Source of the DNA: Diadema antillarum
Lineage: Eukaryota
DNA length: 64,000 bases
Direction: 5' to 3'
Assembly (NCBI RefSeq): GCF_040938485.1
Contig: NW_027271101.1
Span: 186,001 to 250,000, forward strand
Part shown: positions 47,871 through 60,900 of the stretch, in pieces
Position numbering within the stretch: the first letter of the stretch is position 1
How the letters are laid out: the number at the start of each line of letters is the position of its first letter
The notes under the pieces: generated by a model
What the model was told of the DNA's origin: nothing
Database searches by the model: none
Seen by the model: only the letters and a program-made list of their open reading frames with translations
Position numbers and translations under genes: made by a program

Positions 47871-50800
47871 CTGCATGGTCTTGCGGGGCGAGTTGGTGTA
47901 GGCTGACCGGATGATGTCCATGGCCTGCTGATGGCTGACGTCCAGTAGATTCTCCCCGTCCACTCCGACCAGGACGCAGCCAGTCTGGAGACACAGACAC
48001 ATTAATTCACATTTCATTTCATTTCATTTATTTCCACATTAAAACAACTGACACCACAGTTTCACAATCATGAAGTAAACGTATTGCGAGTGACTAATAA
48101 AAGCCAATCAAGCTTCTTTGAAAAGGTGCCAAAGAACATACAAAAGTGTCTCATAACTTACAATAGGCACACAAAATTTACACAAATAAAGCAAAATCAT
48201 TGCTAGTTGACTGTACACACACAACAGATGGCCGCTTGTCTATGTCATTCGTTTAGTCACTTCTCTTTTCCAGTTAAAAGTATTATTCAAACAAGAATAT
48301 TCGCCATTGCTATTGCTGTCTAGCCACAGACGTATTTTGTTGTAATACTTTGATTTAATTTGATTTCATTCAGTTTTCCTTGTGTTTCAGAGAGAGAGAG
48401 CAACTGACCAATCTAAGCTCAATGAAAGTGAATATCAGTAAAACATGTCCATCCTAGAGTTCTACTTTTGAAATTCAAACAATTCATATCAACTCAAGAC
48501 CGTAAAAAAAGCATGATCTGATCGCATGCTTGAAAGTTAGTAAATTTCACCTTCAGAAGATACACCAGATATGACTCTGTGTGAGGAAAATACACACTGA
48601 AATGTGCGGTTAGAGTGCAATTTCCAGTGTTGATTCTTGGACTATCAGTTTTCTATCAACATTACTGTTATATTGGGTTTGTAGAAGGAGATGGATGCTG
48701 ACTTACAGTGAGTGTGCCGTCTTCCGCCACAGCACCCCCAGGGTATATCTTGTCCACTTTGACGTACGGCTGATTCTTGTAGTCCTTGCCTCCCGTTAGA
48801 CTCAACCCTATGACAAAATACAAGAAGAACTTCATTATCAGATCAGATGGAATCAGAAATCAACCTGGATCCACTTTAAATTTTTTATTTCATTGCATTA
48901 CTGTCTAGTATGGATTATTCAAAACAGAAGACACAAATTTGCTGCAGCATTTCTTTGTTTATCTCGCTCTGTGGAATGCCTCCACAAAATGACAAGGAAA
49001 ATTGTGCAATGCGTGAAAAGACGAAAGGATTCTTTACCGAGTGAGGACTGTGATTTGCTCAGCTCAAATTGGAAAATCTCCCTCCCAGGGAACCCGTCTA
49101 TCCTCCGCCTGGCGGCTGGCTTCACAGGTGACTTCCCTCGGTTTCGTCGAATTATTTCCTTGAGGGGCGATGGTTCGTCGTCATCGTCGTCATCGATGTA
49201 GAGCTGAGGGTTGCGCACAGGGATGGTGGGGCGCTCATTGCCGTTGAAACTGTTTTTGCTGCAAGTGTCAAAGACACAGAAAACCAGGTATTGTAAAGTA
49301 AAAGTGAAAGCAGATTTTCATGTCTTGGAGCTGAGTCAATGTATTGCTTATCAATTGTATTATTGAGATACAATGAAAATACAAATTGATTGAAATTTGC
49401 TGTTTTGGCGTTGTTGTTGTTGTTGTTTTTTGGAGGGGGGGGTGGTAATTTACCAAATACCTGACTAACAAAAATGAAATAGGGAGTTATATCTCTATTG
49501 AGAATATTAATCAGCTAGTCTGACTGAATCAAACAAAGGGATTATTGTAGGACTATATTCTAAGGACATAAGAGACGATGGCATGTTTTGGTGAGGATTA
49601 CAAAATATCATGCATATTTCTCTTCTTCCAAAAACTAAAAAGTCTGAAGATAATATATCAAATTGTTTTCTTAATTTTGATAACTTTGAATTGTAAATCA
49701 TTTGTGAGCATTTCTTCTTGTGAAAAGGGCCCATGAAGTTCAATTACAGCATTACATCAAAACTTCAGACACATATATACTTGGGTAATCATAAATCTGT
49801 ATTTTGCTGCTGAAAGAAAAAGACAAATTCACTTGTGATGTTTTCAGAGTGAAGAGAAAAACCTGAAGATTCTACATTACAAAGGTAAAACTTACAGGAT
49901 GCCTTTCCTTGGAGCCTGGGGCGACCCTCTGTAATCACTGAAGCTCACTTTCTTGACGCTACTCTCAGACTCCGAGGCGCTGTCGATTGATTCTCTCACA
50001 TCAAGTAAGTTAGCCGTCTTCCTCTGACCTTTGTCCACCATGGCGTAGACGGGTTCATCCGAGCTGCTCCCGCTCGATCGGTTGGAGCTGGACCCGTCCC
50101 TCAGGGGAGGAACGGATATTTTGTTCGGAGTTACCCTGATAAGATTGTCAAGGTTGACACTGGCAGACGCCTCTGTTGGGGAGGCTGGAGGGGTCGGCTC
50201 AATCACGCGAGGGGAGGGAGGGGAAGCCGGGATGGGGCTCAGCTTGCGAGGCTTCGTCGGGGACAGCGGAGAGTCCCCTCCAACGTGGACGTCCTCACCG
50301 TCCCTGCCCATCAGATGATAAACGGCGCTCTTTTTGCTCAGGCTGTAGTCTGAATCCACGCTATCGTGATCACTTTCATTTGCATCAGTGGTATCTGCTA
50401 CTTCGTCTGCACCTGGATTGAAATTGATGGTGGCATACGGTGACTCGTACTCGAGCGTACTCGTTGATGGTCCCTGTGAGTATTGAGCATCTCGATGTCT
50501 GCCGGGATAGTCTGTGTTCTGTATCTTTGGAGAAGACCCATTCTGATCGCCAAAGTGTGTTACAGGTGCGTAGGGTGCTCCTCCCATCCCTCTCCCAGAA
50601 TGGTTAAAGCCTTCCTCTTCCTGCCTGTGCCGGCTGCTTTCCGGCCGGTCGTGCGAGAACTGTTCGCCGCTGCGCATCGAGTTCGTGCGGATGATTTGTG
50701 GCGAGGCATTGATGAGGACCTTCTTGGCCGACCGCTTGGACAGACTGCCCTCCGGCGTGCTGTTGGCCGGGCTACCTCCGGCCGAACTTACGGCTGGCTT

Positions 50801-53800
50801 GAAGGTCGTCATCGCTGGTGGCTGGGTCATGTCCCGCCGCTCCCCATTGCTGTAGGTATCAAAGCTGCCATGGCGGCTCTGGTTGGCCGGGTGACTTACC
50901 ACTTCATACGACAAAGAGTCTGTGTCAAGTGACCTTCCAAAAGAGTTCAGTTTTGCCTGGCGGACTTCCTCCTCTCGCTGCTTTCTAAGCCGCTCCAGCT
51001 CATTCTGATGTCTCTTAAGCCTCTCTTTTCCTCCACTGCTAGTGCTGGCAGTTTCTGAAACTATATCATAACCAAAATTCATATCATCATGGTAATGTAT
51101 GTTGTATTCAATATACTGTATGTCCAATTGTCTATAACCAATTACAATTAAACACTTCTTGTCCTGCGAAGGTCATTTCAAGACTGTTGAATAAGGTCTT
51201 GCCTAGTTTGTGTGCATAATGCTACAAAATCTGCTCTAAAACACACATTTGTGAACCATCAATGCCCAGATTCTAGCTTGAAGATTGCCTCATCATATTG
51301 AACTTAATTTCTTTAACTATCTAACCCACTGTGTGCGTTATGTCCAATTTGCTGTAACCGAACAGAAGTATCCAGTCAAACATCACACACAAACTAGATC
51401 ATAATATGGATAAAATCAAGGTACATACTTTCAAATACCAACACACACAAACACAAACATCTGAAAATCAAATTATTTGATCAGACTGAATATAAATGGT
51501 CGAGGCACTATCAACTTTAATAAATAAAAATAGGCAATTATCATATAGCAGAAATTGAAAAATAAAAGATTGCCAAGATAAGTTTGTGACAAACTTCAAA
51601 ACTGACCTTCTTGCCTGGAGTCGGTGTGATCGCTGACTTGTTGGCGAGATTCTCGCATAAGTCTTGGAGAAACTGACCCTTTATAACACGGAAATACGGG
51701 ATAAGATGAACAAAACAACAGCGCAATAAGGTCATCATTACATACACTTGAAACTCAGTATACTGCCTTACTATATCCACGGCTAGAGTAGATGCAATGT
51801 ATTACAGTGGACTCCAAATAACCAAGTCCTCAGGACTGGCCATTTTCTTTTGTTATATCAAAATTTTGTTAAGACGAACAAATAAACAATAACAAACACA
51901 GAGCGGATAATGCTGAGGCCTGAATTTTTCCTTCGTTGTTACTAGAATTTCGTTATAACTGAGTTCATTATTAACGGGAGTGCACTACATTACGATAGCA
52001 ATGATAAAATGATGGCATTGTTCATCACATCAAAGACAGCCAGTGAGCAGAAGACGAAGCTGCCAGTTGTTGTTATAGTGATGATGATGATGGTGATGGC
52101 GATGATGATAAGGATTGATGAGGATGATGATGACATTGATAATGACAACAACAATGATGATGATGATATATGATGATAATAATAAGATGATAATGATGAC
52201 AACGATGATGACAATGAAAACGACAATGGTGATGATGGGCCAAGGCATAACACAAGTTGATAATAATGAGGGGGGGGGGGGGGAAGGCACTACAAAGGAT
52301 ATTTCTTCCACTTGCCCCAATGAATCTTTGAGTTGGGTTCTCTATTTTCAACAGGCAAGTGCCCATTCACATCACTTGCCCAACGGGGAAGTTTTAATTG
52401 CCCTGGGCAAGCAGGCAAGCAGGTTGTTAGCACCCATGGAGGAGGAGGAGCGAAGATGATGGGAAAGATGGTGGGCTAGTGCAGTGATGCATTCACATTT
52501 TATGCATAGCTCCTCCATATAGTTTGCCCATGGCTTTATGAATCTTGTCCAAGGCTTGCCTGCCACAGCAGCAACTTCACGTTGGCAAATCCAAAATTTG
52601 TTTTAGAAAACAGAATGCATCATAAGAGGTACTATGAATAGCTCATCACTTTACATGAAGACCCGAAACATCTATGAATTCTCGTACAAGAGTAAATAAA
52701 TCTCCCGACACTCATTTATTCCATTGTGGGAATCATGATAAGTGGAGAGTAATATTCACTGATATATCGGTTGACAATATGAATCACACTGACAATGCAG
52801 GTGAGCAATTTTATGACACAGACTGTTTTGCATATGGTACAGTAACATGCATTAAAAGTAATGCCAATGGTCAGCAAATGAAACCAACTGTGACATCATG
52901 AATTGTACAAGAGAAGGTGCATCCTACCTGACTTGGCATTTAGGATGTTCCTTGCCTCCAGCTCTCTCCTTGACACCATTGAGTCATACACAGCCAGGTC
53001 GAGGGGTGCAATAACTCCCCTGTAGAGTGCAACAAATGGGGAGGGGGGCGGTTTCAGAATTAGACATCTGCGTGTGACACCAGTTGACCGAACTTTAGGA
53101 TCTAGCTTTAATTCCTCTTGACCCTCTCAAGACCACTGGGCTAACAAGTCTATTGACATTGTGCATAAATATGTCACTCATGGCACTGAAAGAGTTAAGT
53201 CACAAAATATCAACAATTAATAGTCAGGTTGACTCACTGTCAGTCAGTGATAAGTGAATAGATGTATCTGTTCCCTCAATACGTATGCGAGCGTACAGCA
53301 AGCTTCACCCTTTGCAAAATACCAACTGGTATATTCAGGGGTCGCACTTAACTTTTTTTTTTTAACTAGCCAGGCGGACTACTTAGAATCAATTTTGACA
53401 CTGAAGCAATATTTTGGCTAGCCAGACGGACTAGTTACTTCAGAATTTCATGATTTTTAGCTAGTCCGACATGATTTTGGGTGGCCAATGGCCAGCGGAC
53501 CATCGCCAATTTCGAACCCTGATATTCTACCATACATGTACATCAAACAGTCTCTTTTACAGAAAAAGCTCACTTTTTCCGGGTTGGGGGGGGGGGGGGG
53601 GATTAGAAGGACATCACATGGTTGGTACCAACAATCATAGGACTAGTTTGTGGCTAACCATATTGGCTGTTTAGTGTCTGAGAGCTGTCATAATTATGAT
53701 AGTGATAATAAGATGGTATCACACTACCATTTGTCAATGGTATTCCTCTTAGTGTTAGCACTGTTCTTTCCAAAGGGAACTGCTGGTCTACTTTCATCAC

Positions 53801-54881
53801 TTCGTTCCTAGGCAACCATGTTTGCACATGTGGGTCACGGCAGACATCATAGCTAAAAACATCTCGTGCATGGATGCAAGGACCACATTGCATCCACTAT
53901 TGCACCATCTCGTTACCCAGTTTCAATCCTGTCAACTGCTATGCCGCAGAGATCCCACCATGACAGCAAGTGTACGACTCGTATTGAAATATACAAGTGT
54001 AAGTCAGTTTTTTGATGACACTCTGCTTGCGTGATTTGTATACAAAATAAGGTAAGTGCTACTTAAAGAGGTCTTCCTCCTTGTCTTTGCTTTGCTCTGT
54101 AATCTTGCAAAATCCCTGTTATACTAATTCATTTCCTCAACAATATCATCACACCATGAGAGAGTAGATCATACCTGACTTCTCTGAGAAGAACCACCTT
54201 CTCTGGTTTATCCAAGATGGCCAGTAAGGGGGTGACAAGGGAATCGACGTCCCCCTCAGCATGGTACTGCAATAAAGAACACAAAGTTCATGGTAACAGG
54301 TACAATAAGATTATTGTTGATATCCCAAACCTCCTGATCTATGATTTTTCTTTTTAATCATGTCCAACATAGGCACTTAATCACACTGATCCATCTGATT
54401 TCTCATCTCCTTAAAATTCAGCATCTGGTGACACTAAGAAAAGGCCTTAATCCAGTCTGGTAACACACCAATGTGTGAAGCTGACTACACCTTTGCCTTG
54501 GACATTGTCACATGTGACGTTTTGGCTACTAGGGAGTGGGGGGAATTACTGCTGAGAACTGACTGGACTTTATAAGCTAACCTTACGTGAGAATAAATAT
54601 GAAGCATGTATATTTGAATTTGAACTTTGAATTATGAGCTTGAACCAGGGACATTTATTATTGATAGTGTCTGATCATAAGCAATGAGTAAAAACAGCCC
54701 ATTCTTAATACATACTGTTCATCGGTCTGAAAGGCAGAATGCAAAAAAGTGTTCTGGATGTGTACTTCTTCTGTTGCTTTTATATCACACAGGGAGTGAA
54801 GCTTCAGTGACATATCAAATGTGTGTGATACAAAAACATGACTTAGTATCATCCAAAAGCCTTGAGAATTCTGATGGACCA

Positions 54882-54960
<79 letters not shown>

Positions 54961-57900
54961 AAATTACACCTCACACACCATTTCTTCTGTTTTGTGTGTG
55001 TCAATTTCTGCCTGTGTGCAGAGACTCCAACCCCAAGCACCTTCTGATCTGGAGATTCTCCCGCCAAAAACCCCTAGCAAACGGGAGACTCCAAGTTGAT
55101 GTGTGCGAAGCGCGAAGTTCCTAGGATTCTAGATGTTCTCTGGTGCTATCTAAGGCTTATTTTTTCAACATACGATAGAAATAAGTAAGAAATCCTTTCA
55201 ACCGGGAGACACAGAGCCAGGGCGGGAGAAATCAAATCTCAAACGGGAGAACGGGAGATTGTGCAAAAATGGGCTTTCGGCGGGAGATCTCCCGTCGAAA
55301 ACTGGAGAGTTGGAGTCTCTGTGTGTGTGTATGTGGTGTCAGTGTGTGTGTGCGTGTTGAAGTGTCTGTGTTTTTGTCTGATTCCTTGAAGAATGCTGTA
55401 CCCATGTGTTACAAGATCATACTATTATCCGTTTCATAACATCCAAGAACAAACTTTTCATATTGACATGAGAGAAAAAACCATTTACGAAATAAGAGAT
55501 TAAAGGTCAACCCCTCTGTCCTACCCTCTTGACGTGACGGAGGACCGCAGTGGACTCGTCCTCACTCAGGACCTTCTTGACCGCCTCCTCCAAGATGGAC
55601 ATCTGACTGGCCTGGGCAGCATTCATGTGCATGATCTGGGTCCCCGCCCCCGCCATGAACATCCCCTTCTGCCGCCCTAGACTTCCATGGGAACCTGCTT
55701 CACAGCACACACACAGTTAAAAGCAGACACATAACAAGTCACGACTATCCCCTTTAACATTGTCACAAATTAGTTGATTTTTCTTTATCAGAGCCATTAA
55801 GGTTAGGGTTCTCTGTCTAAATTTTATTAACTTGTGGTTTCAAACTTACAATCATTACAAAAATAAGTAGGAAATTGATACTTTCACTCTTAAATTATAA
55901 CATTTGATTCTCAAAGATCACATATGTAAGTTCTAAAAAATAAACAAGGAAGTCTATTGTACATCTACTGAAGTCTTGAAAATGGAAGTGTCAAACTTTA
56001 GGAGTTTCAAACACTCTATCTCTACTACAGAAAGTCATGGTCTTCATCAGCAAGTTTCAAATCAAAGCCTGACTTTGAGTGGGAACCGTGACTTACTGTT
56101 GCTGTGAGATTCCCCGAGGCTGTCCTTCCTGGAAGCCCAGCTGGTGGCCGAACCGGGTCGGTCATCTTGGGGCGGGCTCTCCGGCTCTTCTTCCGGCGAG
56201 TTGGAGGAGGCGTGACGCTTCTTCACGATGCCCTCGGGGCGGGTCTTTCTGAAGCTGGCAATGATACCAGTCATTTTGCTCTTACCTGCCAGGGATTTTT
56301 AATATTTTACAAGAATGTACATTAGGATACCTTCAATGCACCGTGAATAAAATATTACATGCATTGGCACATGCAATCACAAATTTCCTTGGAATGATAA
56401 AAACAAAAGAAAAACAAATCCATCATATAGATTGTCTCATTTGAGTGAAAGTTTGCATGGTGTACAAATCAAGCACGTCCAAATTGTCTATTAACATCAG
56501 TCTTGGAGATGGGGATGTCATGCTCTGGAAGGTGGTGTTTATTGTCAAATCTGGACAAGTCAGAGAGCAAAGTATATGCAAGAAGAACAAAAGGATGTCT
56601 TCTCATTGCTATTCTGACTTGGGCCCACAATATCCTCAACACTATCTAATCACTTTCAATACAATAGACCAACAGGAACACTAAGGTTGGATTGGCAGGA
56701 TCATTCCCAAGAGTGATTCCATTAGTCATTGTTCATTATGTCCTTGTCAAGATCACACAAGGTATATGGAAAATATGAAACATCAAATAAACTACTTGTG
56801 AGTTAAAATGATGATCTCTTTGGTTTTGTCCATGACTGCCAAAAAATTAATATGCAATGAAGGTGGCAGAGTAGTAAAGTGTTTATTGTCGCTGATTGAG
56901 CTTGTTTTGGGCCAATTGTGCATGACTTGACACTTACTGAACAAGTCATGTTGGTACACAAGAGCTTAAAAGAAATATGTGCAAGTTTTATTGGTGACTA
57001 TGGTATACTGACACTCGTTGAGGGTAACAAATGTCAATTTTAGAACTGGGATGGGTAAGTATGGTGAGGCACTGCACAATAGGTCCCCGAAGCTCTAACC
57101 TTTTCTATTGCGCTTGCCATCTTTCTCTTTCTCCACAACCGCGCCCCCTTCCTCGTGGGCTCCCGCCTCCTGGCCAATGGGATCCACCCGGGCCAGATCC
57201 TCCTGAAAGACCTCGGCCACAATCTCCTCCTCCCGCTTCAGATCCTGCTGGCCCACCTCCCTCCCTTTCTCCCTCTCCACCTCGGCCATCTTGGCCCGGT
57301 GCTCCTCCGCCTCGCGAACTTTGACCTTGGGCTTGAGGCCGAACAGCTCTCGGAACGTCTTGTTGCGCTTGACCTTTGTTGGCTTCTGCTTGGACTGCGC
57401 ATCGATTACTGGCAACCGCCTCTCTGCCATTACACAAAAGAAATCAAAATTATATGATTGGGGATAGATGCTCTTTGCATGGCAGAACAAACAATAAACT
57501 TACCAAGTCCATCAATTGTGATTTCATAATTGTGAATAAACTGCAAGACATAACTCAGCACAGCAAATTGCAGTGAATAATACTCATTGATTTCATATGA
57601 CTGTGTTTACTGTGGAGGAAAAAAAAAAAGGTTATAATGTTAGCCAGAAAGAAAATGTACAACAGGATGGACCAACCAAATGGACGAATGCCGAAAGTCA
57701 TAGTCCTTCCCATATCGAAACGTGTTGTCTACTTCCATACATACACTACTGTATATGAGTATTTGCAAGCCTTGACATGCCATATTCCAGTTGAGTTATG
57801 GACGTGAAAATTAATATAATTCATCAAAAATATGGAAGTGATGCAGTATAACAAGACAGTTGTAAAGTTTCAATGTATCAGCAATAAATTCTCAAATCTA

Positions 57901-60900
57901 GAAACTGCGATGTATGTAGATGAGCTTCATATGCAGAGCCATCTATAAACATCCTGATTTTTACTCATGCAGGGGTATGACGTTTAAAAATACCTATCAT
58001 GCATGCAGGCAATAATATTTTTGCAAATGTGCATGAAAATAATGGGTGAGACTGTACACTATGAATTACACATTGTTAATGGTAAGGCAAAGAGGGAGAA
58101 TAACAATCTTTAGTGCTCTAATGGAGAATGAGATGAGGGAATATATTCTGAATTGAAGTGGAAAATGAGAATATGAATACAATAAATGGTAGGTGCAACT
58201 GTGAATCCAGATGTAGGTCCTTTTCAGCAAGTCCTCTTTCTGTCTGTTAAGAAGATAGAGGCACTCTAATCAAGAAGCCAAGTTGAATAGTGCAGATCAT
58301 CTTTCACCAAGTGTGAAATCTTGTTCCAGTGTGCGAGTAAAGACCATACACTATTTCTTTTATGCAGCACCTTGGACGTCAACAGATGTAGTCCACACAC
58401 AATCTTGAATTTAGTGCAGACATGGCAACCATGTTTTCGTGAAGGGTGAATGAGTAGCACAGTCAGTCATTTGTACGTACACAAAATGATCGGTTGAAGA
58501 TGTTTACAAAAAATGATTGCCAGAAGGCATACTTGTAACTGTTCAGTGTGCGCAGCAAAGACTTGTTTATTGCGACACCAGAGCTGTGCAATGGAACAAA
58601 ATCTATGAGATGATCATGAGTTTACACTGGAGTTGATTGACGTTGGTGATGTCAGCAGTGCAATATCCATTTTTGCTCAAACAAAACTGCGTGACTGACA
58701 GCAACAGCATGCAATGGTACTTTTAATTGCATGTCACCTGATGAGCAATCAACCAATTGGATAATGAAATTGTTTTTAGTTGTTGAATAAAGACTACACT
58801 GGTTAGTTGCTATTGGATATAGAAACAATGAGGTGAGATTATTACAGATCTAGACAGTGAGTCAGGAAAAAGACAAGACAGATGGACAAGGAATCTTACC
58901 TCCGGAGTGCTTCATGCTCAGTGACCGCCCCAAGGCTCGTTTCCTGTCCTTGCCCCCACCTTTACCCCTACCACCACCACCACCTTTACCACCACCACCA
59001 CCGGTATTACCATCACCACCACCACTCTCCTGACCTTGTCTACCATCCTGCTCTGGGTAGGTCTGGGGTCGCGGAGGGGACTGCGCCTGAGATTGGGGCC
59101 TGGAGTAGGAGGCCGGGTGGGGCTGCGCGTACGCGACCTGCTGCGTGGCCGGCGCCACCGCAGGTTGCGACAGCCTGGACGACAGATGGGATTGGGCGGA
59201 GCTGGGTCTGGATGAGCTTGGTTCGGCCACAGTGACCTCTCCTGGCAGCATACCCATATGACCCTACAAACAGACATTTCAACAACGATATTGAACCATA
59301 CTAGTTATTCAGACTTGGAGAAAAATCCTAACACGAAGTTTGGAACATAAGCATAAAATCTATCTTCACAGTGAAGAATATTTTCCACTCAGAACATTCA
59401 AAATGACACAGTAGGTACTTCACATCTTTGTCAGAGATTTGAGTGCTGCAGATGATCACTAGATGGACAAGTATCATTCATGCAAATCACACAGATCACT
59501 TATAATTGCCGATCTATGTAGTGCTAAGCATATATGTGACCGTGCATCACAAAACGAACAAAAAGTCGCACACACTGATTTGGCGTCAGGACTGAAAATA
59601 AGTGAAATGGGTCAACCTAGCCGATCTTGACTTTTTCATATTTTCTGAAAGAGAAAGTCTTCTTTTACATTATGCTAAAATTTGGGATCATTAAACGGAC
59701 AGGAAAGTGTGTTTTTTTAAGCAGTTTATCTCGAATACTTTTGGTAGAATAGTGGGATTAGGCGTGTGTTTAGAGTCCCCTTTTCATTTCTGAAAAACCT
59801 TGTACACACTCTTCACTTTCAACTCAAAGAACTTTTGAAAGGATAATGCTACTGCTTTGAAAGTTGGTATTAATTATGGACAAAATGTGTTAATGAGGCA
59901 TGCTCAATTTCAGTTTAATCTGATAATCCCTTCACTGTTGTTACTCTGGTGGATTACTTCCTGTTTTTTGTCCCATTCATCACACAGTCAGGGCGGTTAG
60001 GTAAAGATTAATCGCTTGAATAGACACTGTACTTCAGAGCCTTTTTTCACAGTTCACACTTTTCCTGAGTTTGTGCTTTCTTTCCAATACTTAGATAGGT
60101 TAGAAGAGTCCATTTGATTTGAGTTATACATCATTTTAAAGCTTAAAGTCTGCTCTTTCAGAATATGGTCTTAACTAAAAATTCATGTCTGGCAACTTTT
60201 TGTTTGTTTTGTGGTGCAGGGTCACATATACTCTTATGTTAAATGATATTCCTACATTTACATTAAACACATAAATTTACTGTTTGTAATTTACTGTTGT
60301 CATTACTATTAATATATTGACCTGCAGTCACAGTCTTACCACCTTTACTGTTGACAAGTTAAGGAAAATGATATAACTGATATCTACATAAGACTCAGGA
60401 GCTACAGACAACAGAATAGAATTCACTAAGCACCTGAACAACAGGCCTTGTTGGGTGCACACTGGGTGCATCCATGCCAGAACGTTTGGTCTTTCCCTCC
60501 CTTCCATCAAGCCTCTGCACCCCTCCCTGGGGCTGTGCCCGGGTCAGCCAGTCCTTGTTCTGTTTAGGGATTGGTGGGACTGGTCCATTGGGAAGTGGGG
60601 GAGACTGCTGCTGCAATGCCGAAGGGGCTCCGATAAGGGAAGATGTGGCACTTGGTGATCTCTGAGATCCTGGGTTTGATGGAAAGAGAAGATGACATGT
60701 GATGAGGTCATTTTATGGTTGAAATAACTTGAAACTTGACACTTTTTGCACTTCATGTACGGTAGCATAATGAGTGGCGATTGACAAGAAATCCAACAAA
60801 CGCAACTCAAAATTTCAAATAGATGCATAGCAAGTTATCTAGGCAAATTTCCCAAACACAGGGTTACTCTCTTGTACAACTCTCTTGTACACTTAATAAC

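Noticed and set aside
50082-50932. Plus-strand and alternate-frame ORFs over the large PDZD7 exon (similarly at 4253-4637, 57031-57457, 58882-59285)
   Set aside because: They are shadows of GC-rich coding exons.
51990-52459. His-, Ile- and Met-rich ORFs
   Set aside because: They are translations of a degenerate (ATG)n microsatellite.
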